Shown: piece after piece, positions 21,240-31,080 of the stretch
Numbering within the stretch: the first letter of the stretch is position 1
Layout of the letters: each line of letters begins with the position of its first letter
NCBI GenBank assembly: GCA_034003745.1
Contig: JAVEYA010000004.1
Coordinates: 1-58,503, forward strand
DNA length: 58,503 bases
Reading direction: 5' to 3'
Origin: Clostridia bacterium
GTDB taxonomy: Bacteria > Bacillota > Peptococcia > DRI-13 > PHAD01
Position numbers and translations under genes: made by a program
The notes under the pieces: generated by a model
The model's input: only the letters and a program-made list of their open reading frames with translations
The model's database searches: none
Told to the model about the DNA's origin: nothing

Positions 21240-22658
21240 CTATCTGCGGATTCTTCTTGACGTCCTCTTATCATTATCCTCTTTTTTATCCTGTTCTGTT
21301 TTTTGTGGAGACGATTTGACTTCCTTATTCAGCCGGGGGTTCCGCCCCTGATTCATTTGGCTGGTCTTTTTGTCTTCATCCTTTTTCCCAACGGATTTAT
21401 TTGCCGGATTGCCGGTTTGTACAGGGGTTTGTACAGGGGTTTGTACAGTACCCTGCCGATTCAGCGGCCAGGCGCCGGTATTGTTTTGCCGTCCGGTTTC
21501 CTTGGACCTGATTTCTTTGGACTCAGCCGCTTTGGGCTGGTCGGTTTGGTTATTCCACCGGGAATTTCGCCCTTGGTCCTGCCGGACGGTCTTTTCATCC
21601 TGATCCTTTTTCTCGCTGCTCTTTTTCTCATCGTTCTTCTTTTCCTGAGTGCCCTGCTGTCCTGCCGGCGTTACACTGCCGTTCCAGCCCGGCGGCCAGT
21701 TCCCGGCATTATATTCCCGATTCTTCCCGCCATCTTGCCGTACTTCCGGGCTTCTCTCCCGCTCCGGTGCGCTCTGCTGTCCCCAGCCCCAGCCGATATT
21801 CGTGTTTTGTCCGGCTTGCTGTTTTTCCCGCAGATCCTGCTCGTATTTCTTCTGCATATCTTTAATGCGGTCTTTATCCTGCTGGGCTTTTTGAATCAAT
21901 ACTGCAGTCTCTCCGCCGGCTTGATTGATCACATTGCTGATGCTGTTCTCCCGTAAATCATCTAAGGATACTTCCAGCCCTTCTTCCACCGCTTCCATGA
22001 AAACAACATATTTCCCGGCGGAAACATTGGCTTCCCGGGCTTTGTTGTGGATAACCGCCGGCACTTCCACGGTAGCGGCTTGGGCGACAATATTCTTTTC
22101 CTGCAGGACCTTTTGTACTTCTTTCTCCAGTTCTTTGACCTGGGCAGGCAGTTTCTTGTCACTGGATACGGTAATCAGGATGTTATTCCCTTTGTCGGGT
22201 TCCAGGTATTTTTCCGCTATCGCCCCGGCGGTAAGTTTTTCGATGGCTTCCTGAACAGAGATTCCGGAGACCTGCACCTTTTCCAAAAGCTTTTTCCCGT
22301 CATCGTTCAACCCGATCGTTTCGACTACTTTGCCTTCTTTATTGATCCCCAGCTCCAGGCTGGGGTTAATATCCACGTTGATATAGGCTATGACCTGCAT
22401 AGGCCCGGTAAAGATCAAGCCGTACATAGCCGGAATAAATAATAAGATAAGAGCGATACTTGCGGCCAGTGCAGCAAAATAGGGCCGTTGCCAAAGACGT
22501 TCCTTCCTTTCGGCAGGCTGCTCGAATTCCACCTCTTTGCCCACGCCCGGCAGAGCTCCTTGAGACCACGGAACATTCAGGAATTCTCCCTGATTGGTCA
22601 TTACCGTAATAAACCCCCGGGACGCCTCCATGACCAATCCTTTGTTTAACTGCGTCAT
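21240..22658 (-). CDS. rsgI: Anti-sigma-I factor RsgI-like, with a long low-complexity extracytoplasmic tail
   Basis: Follows sigI by 5 nt. RsgI-type N-terminal domain (GLVMEASRGFITVMTNQGEFLNVPW), one TM helix, and a folded juxtamembrane domain. The last ~200 aa are K/E/Q/N/R/G/W-rich. Start ATG MTQLNK with GGGGTGAG upstream. Confidence 0.8.
   Translation of the reverse strand: MTQLNKGLVMEASRGFITVMTNQGEFLNVPWSQGALPGVGKEVEFEQPAERKERLWQRPYFAALAASIALILLFIPAMYGLIFTGPMQVIAYINVDINPSLELGINKEGKVVETIGLNDDGKKLLEKVQVSGISVQEAIEKLTAGAIAEKYLEPDKGNNILITVSSDKKLPAQVKELEKEVQKVLQEKNIVAQAATVEVPAVIHNKAREANVSAGKYVVFMEAVEEGLEVSLDDLRENSISNVINQAGGETAVLIQKAQQDKDRIKDMQKKYEQDLREKQQAGQNTNIGWGWGQQSAPERERSPEVRQDGGKNREYNAGNWPPGWNGSVTPAGQQGTQEKKNDEKKSSEKKDQDEKTVRQDQGRNSRWNNQTDQPKAAESKEIRSKETGRQNNTGAWPLNRQGTVQTPVQTPVQTGNPANKSVGKKDEDKKTSQMNQGRNPRLNKEVKSSPQKTEQDKKEDNDKRTSRRIRR
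21415..21448 (-). repeat. 12-nt tandem repeat (about 2.8 copies) inside the rsgI tail
   Basis: gtttgtacaggg gtttgtacaggg gtttgtacag. On the coding strand it encodes (QTPV)n: TVQTPVQTPVQTGN. Confidence 0.85.
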
Positions 22659-22663
22659 TTTTC

Positions 22664-23392
22664 TCACCCCCTCATCCCGCGCAGGTATTCTTGCAAACAA
22701 TAGTACTCGCCCATCAGAACCACAGTTAAGGCTATGATATATTTTCGCTGCCTCTCTATCGTTTTGCGGCTCACTTTCACTTCCTGTTCCAGATCTTTAA
22801 GCGGAAGTGTTTTATATTTCTCCAGATATTTCCGGTAATGGGCATTTTGGTAGATCTGCTGCGCTATTTGAAAGGCCGAAACACGGGCGTCACGGTGCTT
22901 GGGGGAAACGGCGACCAGGTCCTTTAAAGAAATACCGAAACCGGAGAGTTTCTTTTGATAATCAAAAATCTCCATCTTGCGCATTTCATTGGTTTCCTGG
23001 TCCATCAATTCGGTATGGGATTTTTCTCCCATCAGCTTATCCAGCTTATAAGCGCTTTCTTGTCCTTCTGTTCCCTCTTCCAGAGCTGACCAGGCAATTT
23101 CTTTGTTATCCCTTTGGTTTTTGCGGAAGTAATCAATCAGCCGTCTTCTGATCACGGCTTCGGCGAAAGAAAAAAACGAAGCGCCCTGCAGGCAGTTATA
23201 TTTATCCAAAGCCTCATTAAACGCGATTAGCGCTATGCTGACCTCATCGTCAATCCCCATGCGGACGAAGCGTTTGCACGTCTGTGATGTAACTTTAAGA
23301 ACAAAGGGAAGATACCGCCGTATCAATTCTTCCCTGCACTGATCATGACCCTGCTGGATGCTTGTGATTTTTTGGATCATATCTTCCAACAT
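22664..23392 (-). CDS. sigI: RNA polymerase sigma factor SigI
   Basis: About 242 aa, sigma-70 region 2 and 4 with a SigI-type layout (YLPFVLKV..., C-terminal HTH region KTIERQRKYIIAL), paired with rsgI. The start is ambiguous (GTG 23398 or ATG 23392). Confidence 0.85.
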   Translation of the reverse strand: MLEDMIQKITSIQQGHDQCREELIRRYLPFVLKVTSQTCKRFVRMGIDDEVSIALIAFNEALDKYNCLQGASFFSFAEAVIRRRLIDYFRKNQRDNKEIAWSALEEGTEGQESAYKLDKLMGEKSHTELMDQETNEMRKMEIFDYQKKLSGFGISLKDLVAVSPKHRDARVSAFQIAQQIYQNAHYRKYLEKYKTLPLKDLEQEVKVSRKTIERQRKYIIALTVVLMGEYYCLQEYLRGMRG

Positions 23393-23441
23393 GATCACCC
23401 CTTATGTATGATATACGTTCTCTCCCAGAATTTTCTGGGGG

Positions 23442-23666
23442 TTACCGACGGAAAAATATGTTTAAAATTGCTGTCAGTACTAAGCTTAAAATAATTGAGG
23501 TAACCAGGGGGAAATAAAAAGTGAAGTTGCCCCGCTTGAAATAAATATCCCCGGGCAGCCTGCCGATTCCCTCAATCTTACTCATGGCCAGGACAATCAG
23601 GCCCATGAAGAGAATAAAAGCGCCCACGCCGATCAGTGTTTTGGCCAGCCAGGATAAATCATGCAT
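23442..23666 (-). CDS. DUF2905 small membrane protein
   Basis: 74 aa, two TM helices flanking GRLPGDIYFKRGNFTFYFP. Confidence 0.75.
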   Translation of the reverse strand: MHDLSWLAKTLIGVGAFILFMGLIVLAMSKIEGIGRLPGDIYFKRGNFTFYFPLVTSIILSLVLTAILNIFFRR

Positions 23667-23688
23667 ATCCGCACCTAACCTTTCTTAC

Positions 23689-24234
23689 TCAATCCTTTTT
23701 TCGGGGCATATAGCGGTCTCTCTCACTATAAATGCAGCCGCAGTATTGCTGGCGGTACATGCTTTCCTCCTTGGAAATGCGAACAGCCTGCGCATAGCCG
23801 GGACGAAAATCTTCATAATAAAAGGGAATCCCTGCCGCCTGGGCGGCCCTCTCCCCTGCTTCCCTGATCAAATCATGTTTTTGCCGGGGGCTGACCAACA
23901 AAGTCGTGGTAAAAGCGTCAAACCCGCCTGAGCGGGCAGCTTGCGCCGCGGATTCGAGCCGCAGTTCATAACAGACGCGGCAACGCTCCCCTTCCTCTTC
24001 ACGTCCGTGGACCTTACGCAAAAAATCTTCCAGGTGGTATCCTTCCTCTATTATGGCCGGTAAAGCAACTTTTTGAGCGTACTCCAAAAAGGTATCCCTT
24101 CTTTTCCCATACTCCGTATAAGGATGGATATTAGGGTTGTAAAACCAGGCTGTGAGCGCGTGACCTTGCTCACGGAGACTCTTTACCGGATAAATGCTGC
24201 AAGGACCGCAGCAGACATGTAGCAACAGGCGCAT
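23689..24234 (-). CDS. queH: Epoxyqueuosine reductase QueH (DUF208)
   Basis: 181 aa. LLHVCCGPCS N-terminal Cys motif and C-terminal YRQQYCGC. Confidence 0.88.
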   Translation of the reverse strand: MRLLLHVCCGPCSIYPVKSLREQGHALTAWFYNPNIHPYTEYGKRRDTFLEYAQKVALPAIIEEGYHLEDFLRKVHGREEEGERCRVCYELRLESAAQAARSGGFDAFTTTLLVSPRQKHDLIREAGERAAQAAGIPFYYEDFRPGYAQAVRISKEESMYRQQYCGCIYSERDRYMPRKKD

Positions 24235-24237
24235 CTG

Positions 24238-25275
24238 CTAACCCTCCTGAAATAAAGACAATCCCTCATCCTGTCCATCTTTCCTGTTATACTTAATATT
24301 CAAATGCTGATAGGCCAACGGGGTAGCCACCCGACCGCGGGGCGTGCGCTGCAGGAAACCCAGCTGCAGCAAAAAGGGCTCATAGACGTCCTCAATAGTG
24401 GAGGTCTCCTCGCTGATGGCCGCAGCCAGCGTTTCCACGCCCACCGGACCCCCGCCAAACTTTTTGATGATGGCCGCAAGCATTTGCCTGTCGATATCAT
24501 CCAGTCCCAAATTATCGATTTCCAACAGGTTCAGCGCCCGGTCGGCTATCTTTTTGCTGATGGAATTCTCCCCGTCGACCTGGGCGAAATCACGCACTCT
24601 TTTTAAAAGACGGTTGGCGATCCGGGGAGTTCCCCGGGCCCGTTTGCCGATCTCTTCGGCTCCTTGAGGCTCAATGCCGATCTTTAAGATTTGCGCCGCT
24701 CTCTCAATAATGGTTACCAATTCTTCCTGCTTATAAAATTCCAGGCGGCTGACCACGCCAAACCGGTCTCTTAAGGGTGCGCTCAAATTGCCGATGCGGG
24801 TGGTGGCGCCGACCAGCGTAAAGGGCGGCAGTTCCAGTCGGATGGAACGGGCGCTGGGTCCTTTGCCGATCACGATATCCAGCGAGAAGTCTTCCAGCGC
24901 CGGATAGAGTACTTCTTCCACCGCGCGGTTTAAACGGTGGATTTCATCAATAAAGAGAACATCCCCCGGCTGCAGATTGGTCAGAATTGCCGCCAAATCG
25001 CCGGGACGCTCGATAGCCGGCCCGGAGGTAGCGCGAATCTGCGCTTCCATTTCCACCGCGATAATATTGGCCAAGGTCGTCTTGCCCAATCCCGGCGGTC
25101 CGTACAGGAGCACGTGGTCCAGCGCTTCTTTTCTTTGTTTGGCGGCCTGGATAAAGACGGCCAGATTCTCTTTGGCTTTTTCCTGCCCTATGTAGTCCCG
25201 TAAACGGTGTGGTCTTAATTTCTGTTCATCTGCTTCATCAATAGCGAGCATTGGTGAAACAATCCTCTCTTCCAT
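24238..25275 (-). CDS. ruvB: Holliday junction branch migration ATPase RuvB
   Basis: LRPxxLxDYIGQ, Walker [16 protein letters not shown]. Start moved to ATG MEERIV, which has GGAGGAAG 5 nt upstream. Confidence 0.96.
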   Translation of the reverse strand: MEERIVSPMLAIDEADEQKLRPHRLRDYIGQEKAKENLAVFIQAAKQRKEALDHVLLYGPPGLGKTTLANIIAVEMEAQIRATSGPAIERPGDLAAILTNLQPGDVLFIDEIHRLNRAVEEVLYPALEDFSLDIVIGKGPSARSIRLELPPFTLVGATTRIGNLSAPLRDRFGVVSRLEFYKQEELVTIIERAAQILKIGIEPQGAEEIGKRARGTPRIANRLLKRVRDFAQVDGENSISKKIADRALNLLEIDNLGLDDIDRQMLAAIIKKFGGGPVGVETLAAAISEETSTIEDVYEPFLLQLGFLQRTPRGRVATPLAYQHLNIKYNRKDGQDEGLSLFQEG

Positions 25276-25293
25276 GAACGCTTCCTCCGTCAA

Positions 25294-25896
25294 TCAATAT
25301 TTGGCCAGCTGCTTCAAAGCTTGGCGCAGCAATTCTCCGGCGGTGACATTCGTCTGGTCGGGTCCCGGAAAAGGAACTGCGTTTTGCGCCTCATGGGCGC
25401 TGTATCCCAAAGCGACCAGCCCTGCTACCGCCTCCTGGCGGACGTCCATCTCCCGGGAGGCCGCGACGGGCTGGGCCCACTCGGCCGCTTCTTGTTTACC
25501 GACTTTATCTTTGAGCTCCAGCACAATGCGGTCCGCCGTCTTCTTTCCGACCCCGGGTATGCCGGTCAGGGCTTTGGTATCGCCCCATACGATAACGCGG
25601 CGTAATTCTGAAACCCGGTACTTCGAAAGAATGCTTAAAGCGAGTTTGGGACCGATGCCGGAAATAGTCAGCAAGGTAATAAAGAGTTCTTTCTCTTCCG
25701 GATTCTGAAACCCGTATAAACTGAACTCCTCTTCCCGAAAATACAAATAAGTATATAAGCAGATTTCCTCATGCAGGCGGGGCAATCCCTCCACGGTCAG
25801 GGCGGGTACAGACAGGCGGAAAGCGAATCCCCCCGTCTTGACAACGACACTGTTTAGACCTTTATTCAGCAGTTCTCCCTGGATGAATTCCAGCAA
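25294..25896 (-). CDS. ruvA: Holliday junction DNA helicase subunit RuvA
   Basis: HhH motifs (ISGIGPKLA, IPGVGKKTA) and a C-terminal domain III. TTG start giving MLEFIQGEL with GAGGTG upstream. GTG 25905, which overlaps the ruvC stop, is the alternative. Confidence 0.92.
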   Translation of the reverse strand: MLEFIQGELLNKGLNSVVVKTGGFAFRLSVPALTVEGLPRLHEEICLYTYLYFREEEFSLYGFQNPEEKELFITLLTISGIGPKLALSILSKYRVSELRRVIVWGDTKALTGIPGVGKKTADRIVLELKDKVGKQEAAEWAQPVAASREMDVRQEAVAGLVALGYSAHEAQNAVPFPGPDQTNVTAGELLRQALKQLAKY

Positions 25897-25901
25897 ACTT
25901 C

Positions 25902-26396
25902 TCACCTCAAATTCCGGTTAAATTCAGAATGATATGAATTGGCGTGGCAAATACCGATGGCCAGCGCGTCGGCGGCATCATCGGGCCGGGGGATTTCGGT
26001 CAGATTCATGATCGCCTTGACCATGTACTGCACCTGCTGCTTCTCGGCCCGGCCGTATCCTACGACCGCCTGCTTGACCTGCAGAGGCGTATATTCATAC
26101 ACCGGCAACCCTTTTAAGGACGCGGCCAGGACAATTACGCCCCGGGCGTGTCCCACCGCCAAAGCGGTTTTAGCATTTTTATTGAAAAACAATTCTTCGA
26201 TGGCAATATGGTCCGGGCGGTATGTTTCGATTATTTTGTTGATTCCGGTAAAAATGGCATGGAGCCGTTCAGCCAAAGATAAATCATTCGTACTTTGAAC
26301 AACTCCATACTCAATCATTTTAAATTTATTGCCCTGATGCTCGACAACGCCATAACCGGTGATCGCCGTACCCGGGTCAATCCCAAGAATAATCAT
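25902..26396 (-). CDS. ruvC: Crossover junction endodeoxyribonuclease RuvC
   Basis: 164 aa. [28 protein letters not shown]. Confidence 0.95.
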   Translation of the reverse strand: MIILGIDPGTAITGYGVVEHQGNKFKMIEYGVVQSTNDLSLAERLHAIFTGINKIIETYRPDHIAIEELFFNKNAKTALAVGHARGVIVLAASLKGLPVYEYTPLQVKQAVVGYGRAEKQQVQYMVKAIMNLTEIPRPDDAADALAIGICHANSYHSEFNRNLR

Positions 26397-26457
26397 TTTT
26401 CCACCTCAACCATTATTTTCTCCGTGAAGCGGATATTATCCTGCCGGAAGAATTTCC

Positions 26458-27096
26458 CTATTCATCCAGTCCATCCAGCGTGCCGATTAAATCATCCCAT
26501 TCAATAAACTCCATCGAACGTTCCTGAATTCTTTTTTGCAGATTCATAGGCAAATCCGCGATGTTTATGCCGGTTTCCTGCACAACGCCGGCAGCGTCGC
26601 CCACGGCCGCCGGTCCCAGGTAAATCACGACTTTTTGGCCGGTCACATCGGGCGCCAGGTGCCACCTTTTCTGGTGCAGCGGGCAAAGCCCTCCGTAGGA
26701 TTGCTGCAGAATCACCTTATTATTACTATCCTGCCAGATAACCTCCCAGCCGGCTTCGGCAGGATATTTCCGCTGCAATTCCTCTGCGGTCAAATTATCC
26801 ATACCTGCCCTGGCCGCGCCGGTAATCAGCGCTTCATTGCTGCAGGCCAGGTCATATTCTTCGCAAAGGGCATAGTGTTCTTTTAAATAGACGATCGTAT
26901 CGCTTCGGATAATCTGTTCTACCGGCGCGACGACCGCCGCCTGTTGCGGGTCATTCTCACCGTTCTCCACCGGAATCATGACCATATAGCGGTAGAAGAC
27001 GGCAAAGCTTATCCCGGCTATAAACAGACAACACAGCAGGATATGCTTGTACTTCTTAAAAATCAAAGCGGGCGCTCCTTTCCCAGCATTATCCAT
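26458..27096 (-). CDS. BofC-like (bypass-of-forespore C) sporulation protein
   Basis: N-terminal TM helix. The C-terminal region (GLCP...HLAPDVTGQKVVIYLGP...INIADLP...LQKRIQERSMEFIEWDDLIGTLDGLDE) fits the BofC C-terminal domain pattern. bofC also neighbours ruvAB in B. subtilis. Confidence 0.55.
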   Translation of the reverse strand: MDNAGKGAPALIFKKYKHILLCCLFIAGISFAVFYRYMVMIPVENGENDPQQAAVVAPVEQIIRSDTIVYLKEHYALCEEYDLACSNEALITGAARAGMDNLTAEELQRKYPAEAGWEVIWQDSNNKVILQQSYGGLCPLHQKRWHLAPDVTGQKVVIYLGPAAVGDAAGVVQETGINIADLPMNLQKRIQERSMEFIEWDDLIGTLDGLDE

Positions 27097-27151
27097 ATTA
27101 TAGCCAATTGCTTATAAAAATTATACATTGCCTATGCCAATACGCATGGCA

Positions 27152-27183
27152 GCAAAAAAGCGCAAGAGAACTCCTGCGCTTTC
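27152..27183 (-). terminator. Rho-independent terminator after lctP
   Basis: Minus strand reads ggaaagcgcaggagttctcttgcgcTTTTTTgc. Confidence 0.6.
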
Positions 27184-27239
27184 CATCCTAGTCATTCTTC
27201 GTTTCACTCAGAATGACAAAAACCAGTATGCTTTTACTT

Positions 27240-28892
27240 CTAAAACAGGTTCGTCACCTGCATAATAAACATGGCCAGAAGGGCCGCGGCCAGAGCATAC
27301 AGGACGCAGGGCAGGAAGTTTCTCCTGATAATGGTCCCTTCCACGCCGATGGCGCCAACCGTCGCGCAGGCAGCCACCACATTGTTCACACAAATCATAT
27401 TTCCCACCGCCCCTCCTACCACCTGCAGGGCGACAATCATCGTGTGGGACATCTGCAATTGGGTAGCCACGTCATACTGAAAAGCCGCGAAAAGGATATT
27501 GGAAACGGTATTCGAGCCGGAAATGAAGGAACCCAGCACTCCCACAAAAGGGGAGACCAGGGGCCAGGCCGAGCCAAAGATAGCTACCGCCGCACTGGCC
27601 ATGGTTACCATCATACTATCCAGGCCGGCCGGATTGATATTGGAATTGAGCATCAGCTGCACCATGGCGACGCCGAAAATCAGGGCAATAAAGGGGCTGG
27701 CCAGTTGTTTGAAGGTCAGTTTCCAGGCTTCCGCCGTCTGCTTCAAAGACATCCGATGGAGAAAGACCGTGACCACGGCAATACCGGCAAAGACCGTTCC
27801 CGGTGAAAAGAGGTAGGCCAGTTTATAAGTAAAAGGGGCATAACCGAAAATAGCCGGTACGATCAGAACCTGCTCATTCATCCAGGCTTTTAAGCCCAAA
27901 GCGGGGATTCTCGTCAGCACCAGGATTAAGGCGATAATAAAGTAGGGTGTCCAAGCCAAAAGAAGCGGCATCGCCGGTTTTTCGTTTGTCTCCTCCGGCA
28001 CTTCCGTGTGCACGCCTTTCCAATTCTCCTCCCAACTGCTTCTTGCGGGGAAATCCCATTCATCTTTGGGCATTAAGAAACCCTTCTTGGCAGCAAAGAG
28101 CACCACGGGCAGCGCAATGAGAGCGCCCACCAAAGAGGGCAGCTCGTTGGCCGTAAACCAGGCGATAATAAAAAAGGGAATGGTGAAGGCCAATCCGGCA
28201 AAGATGGCGAAAGGAGCGGCGGCCAAAGCCGGCTTGATGGATTTTTCTTTGCCGAAATATTTGGTCAAAAAACACAAGCCCAAAAGCGGCACAAAAGTAC
28301 CTATCGAGGCATGCAGGACCGCAATCCCTTTGGATAAAAGAAAACGGAAAGCTTCCATTGACATGGGCGAGGCGGCTATGGCCTGTTCCAGAACGGAGAG
28401 AGCACCGAAGGTGGGTACCCCCACCACGCCGAAACTTACCGGGGTAGAGTTAAAGATAAGGGCAATCATGGCCGCCGCCAGGGGCGGAAAACCCAACCCC
28501 ACCAAAAGGGGGCCGGCCAGGGCGGCGGGTGTGCCGAAACCGGCGGCGCCTTCGATAAAGGCCCCAAAAAGCCAGCCGACAATAACCGCCTGAATCCGGC
28601 GGTCTTTGGTAATTCCCCGGAAACCGTGGTTGATGGAGGCCATCCCCCCGCTTGCTTCCAGCGTATTTAAAATTAAAATTGCTCCGAAAATCACCAATAA
28701 AACATCGAATGATTTCAGGGCGCCATAAATACTGGCTCCCACAACTGTGACCGGCTCCATCTTCCAGCCGACTACGGCCATCAGGCAGGTCAGGATCCAG
28801 GCCACCGGCAGAGCCTTTCTGGCCGGAACATTAACGCCTGCCATGAGGATTACTACTACCAGAATAGGCAAAAACGCCATAAAAGCCAACAT
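27240..28892 (-). CDS. lctP: L-lactate permease (LctP family)
   Basis: About 550 aa, polytopic, LctP-type N-terminal region ([21 protein letters not shown]). Adjacent to larA. Start set to ATG MLAFMAF; GTG 28907 is the alternative. Confidence 0.87.
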   Translation of the reverse strand: MLAFMAFLPILVVVILMAGVNVPARKALPVAWILTCLMAVVGWKMEPVTVVGASIYGALKSFDVLLVIFGAILILNTLEASGGMASINHGFRGITKDRRIQAVIVGWLFGAFIEGAAGFGTPAALAGPLLVGLGFPPLAAAMIALIFNSTPVSFGVVGVPTFGALSVLEQAIAASPMSMEAFRFLLSKGIAVLHASIGTFVPLLGLCFLTKYFGKEKSIKPALAAAPFAIFAGLAFTIPFFIIAWFTANELPSLVGALIALPVVLFAAKKGFLMPKDEWDFPARSSWEENWKGVHTEVPEETNEKPAMPLLLAWTPYFIIALILVLTRIPALGLKAWMNEQVLIVPAIFGYAPFTYKLAYLFSPGTVFAGIAVVTVFLHRMSLKQTAEAWKLTFKQLASPFIALIFGVAMVQLMLNSNINPAGLDSMMVTMASAAVAIFGSAWPLVSPFVGVLGSFISGSNTVSNILFAAFQYDVATQLQMSHTMIVALQVVGGAVGNMICVNNVVAACATVGAIGVEGTIIRRNFLPCVLYALAAALLAMFIMQVTNLF

Positions 28893-28931
28893 CACGTGTC
28901 CCCACACCCCTCGCTTCTCTATGCTGATACT

Positions 28932-30206
28932 TTAAAGAACTATAACCGCTACACCATCAGGAATTACGGTAATTTTGGCGCTTTCGGCATCGATTTTATC
29001 ATAAGCCATTTGCAAGGCTGTCTCCAAATCCGGCGCCCATTTCATAAACATGGTTTCCACCATCTCCCGGGGGGCTTCCGTGATCATGATCACTTCATGC
29101 TTTAAGAGAATGCGGGACAGGATTTGCGATTCCCACTGGTCCGCTACCGTATCACAGGCCAGGCGTTTGACTATATCCTGATGAATGCCGTCCACATCCT
29201 TCGCTTCGGCAAAGGTATTGTAGAACGCTTCTCCGCCGTGCCCATCGGCACACTGGGAGAAGATGATGATGACCCCGCCGGGCTTGCAGGAAGCTTCCGC
29301 CGCGGCCATAGACTTGACAGCCTGGTAAATATTTTGATCCAGCGGATAGCCCCCGTTGGAGGTTATAACAATGTCCGCAGGAACCGCTTTAACCCCGGCC
29401 AACTCTTTCACAAATTCACATCCGGCTACGTGCGCGTCGTTGAAATGTCCGGCAAAAGCCTGAATGACCTTCTTTTCTGCGTCAATAACCACATTCAGGA
29501 TGAAGGCGAGACCTGCCTTCTCAGCGGCATAAATCATATCCGTATGGATGGGGTTGCCGGCGAGGAGACCGCTTCGGGCCTGCGGCGAGGCAATGAAGGC
29601 CGCGCAGTGATTGGCCATTACCGTGGCCGCGCTGGCAATCCCGGGCAGCACGCTTTTGCGGCCGCCGGAAAAACCGGCAAAGAAATGCGGCTCAATAAAA
29701 CCTTCCGCAATTAACAAATCGGTGTCCAGAGCCAGTTTATTCAGCTTAAGGCTGCCGCCGGAGGGAAGGATCCCCAAATCAACCATGGCCTCATCATCAA
29801 AGGCGTTATGTACGACGATTTTCTCTCCGGCAACAATCTCGGCGCCATATTTATTCTTCAATTCATCCAGCGTAGTAAGCCGATGATACCCCGTCGCCAC
29901 CAGGATGGTGATATCGGCTTGGGGATTGCCCCGGCGGATTTCGCTTAAGATGAGCGGCATGGTCACATGGCTGGGCACCGGCCGGGTATGGTCGCTGGAG
30001 ATAATCACGATTCTTTTTTTCCCCTGGACCAGTTCCTTCAGCGGCCGGGAATGAACCGGATTGTCGAGGGCTTTTTGCACAATTTCCGCTTCCGTACCCG
30101 TTTTCTTATAATCATGCGCTTGGGAGACCAACAGCCCGGCCAGTTTGTCCTCGGGAATGTCAATCGTTACAGATCCTTTACCATAAGGGATATTGATTTT
30201 ACTCAT
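28932..30206 (-). CDS. larA: Nickel-pincer-dependent lactate racemase LarA
   Basis: 424 aa, DUF2088/LarA fold. By direct count His108, His174, Lys184 and His200 sit at exactly the positions reported for the catalytic His pair, the NPN-tethering Lys and the Ni-binding His of L. plantarum LarA. Confidence 0.88.
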   Translation of the reverse strand: MSKINIPYGKGSVTIDIPEDKLAGLLVSQAHDYKKTGTEAEIVQKALDNPVHSRPLKELVQGKKRIVIISSDHTRPVPSHVTMPLILSEIRRGNPQADITILVATGYHRLTTLDELKNKYGAEIVAGEKIVVHNAFDDEAMVDLGILPSGGSLKLNKLALDTDLLIAEGFIEPHFFAGFSGGRKSVLPGIASAATVMANHCAAFIASPQARSGLLAGNPIHTDMIYAAEKAGLAFILNVVIDAEKKVIQAFAGHFNDAHVAGCEFVKELAGVKAVPADIVITSNGGYPLDQNIYQAVKSMAAAEASCKPGGVIIIFSQCADGHGGEAFYNTFAEAKDVDGIHQDIVKRLACDTVADQWESQILSRILLKHEVIMITEAPREMVETMFMKWAPDLETALQMAYDKIDAESAKITVIPDGVAVIVL

Positions 30207-30217
30207 TAGAAACCTCC

Positions 30218-30976
30218 TTAACTCAATTTCGCCATTATTTCATCAGGGATATCCAAATTGGTATACGTATTTTGCACATCATCGTGTTCTTCCAACAGAT
30301 CCATCAGCTTCAGGAGCATCCTGGCCTGCTCCGCATCGGTTACTTCCGCCGTTGTTTCAGGGATTCTGGAGATTTCCGCGCCGGTAAAGTTCAGGCCCTC
30401 TTTCTCCAGCGACTCCCTGACCTGATTGAAACTTTCCGGCGCCGTAATGATTTCCACTTCCTCTTCATCCTCGAATTCGACGTCTTCCGCGCCGTTTTCC
30501 AGCGCCAAAAGCAACAGGTCGTCCTCAGAAACCGAGAGGCCCTCTTTGGCGATGGTCAAAACACCCTTTTCCTGAAACATCCAGCCGACGCAGCCGGTTT
30601 CACCCAGGTTTCCGCCATGTTTGGAAAAAAGATGACGGATTTCGCCGGCCGTTCTGTTCCTGTTGTCGGTCAGAACAGTGGCCATCACGGCGACCCCGCC
30701 CGGTCCATATCCTTCATAAGTTAACTCCTCGAAATTACTGCTGTCCATCCCGCCTGCGCCGCGCTGAATGGCCCTTTGAATATTATCATTAGGCATATTG
30801 GCTTCTTTGGCTTTCTGAACGGCTATCTTCAGGCGGAAATTCGTATCGGGATTGCCTCCGCCCATTTTGGCGGCTACAATTAACTCCCGGCCCAGTTTGG
30901 TGAAAATTTTTCCCTTGGCTTCATCCTGTTTGCCTTTTCTGTGTTTGATATTGGCCCATTTGGAATGACCGGACAT
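30218..30976 (-). CDS. yebC: YebC/PmpR family DNA-binding regulator
   Basis: [15 protein letters not shown]-terminus, about 250 aa. The stop lies 11 nt upstream of the larA start. Confidence 0.93.
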   Translation of the reverse strand: MSGHSKWANIKHRKGKQDEAKGKIFTKLGRELIVAAKMGGGNPDTNFRLKIAVQKAKEANMPNDNIQRAIQRGAGGMDSSNFEELTYEGYGPGGVAVMATVLTDNRNRTAGEIRHLFSKHGGNLGETGCVGWMFQEKGVLTIAKEGLSVSEDDLLLLALENGAEDVEFEDEEEVEIITAPESFNQVRESLEKEGLNFTGAEISRIPETTAEVTDAEQARMLLKLMDLLEEHDDVQNTYTNLDIPDEIMAKLS

Positions 30977-31002
30977 GAACAATCCTCCCTGTTATTAAAT
31001 AA

Positions 31003-31074
31003 AGGCACAGAGAACTGTGCCGCATACACGCTTATTTTATCATACAAATGACCTGTTTTAAAGAACAGGTCATT
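31003..31074 (-). terminator. Two tandem hairpins between the lipoprotein gene and yebC
   Basis: aatgacctgtt/aacaggtcatt (31047-31074) and ggcacag/ctgtgcc (31003-31020). On the minus strand the second is followed by TTTATTT. Confidence 0.5.
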
Positions 31075-31080
31075 GAAAGG

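Noticed and set aside
21415-21448. Short tandem repeat checked as a possible CRISPR or other non-coding repeat array
   Set aside because: There are only 2.8 copies of 12 nt with no spacers, and the repeat is in frame within rsgI. I found no CRISPR-like repeat-spacer structure anywhere in the window.
21303-21956. 217-aa plus-strand ORF and other ORFs overlapping the rsgI tail
   Set aside because: They are antisense or alternate frames of a low-complexity repeat-rich region, which easily stays open in several frames. The minus-strand frame is continuous with the conserved RsgI N-terminus.
23399-23441. Weak hairpin cccaga/tctggg between the DUF2905 gene and sigI, considered as a terminator
   Set aside because: It has only a 6-bp stem and no following T-tract on the minus strand. 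Evidence is insufficient.
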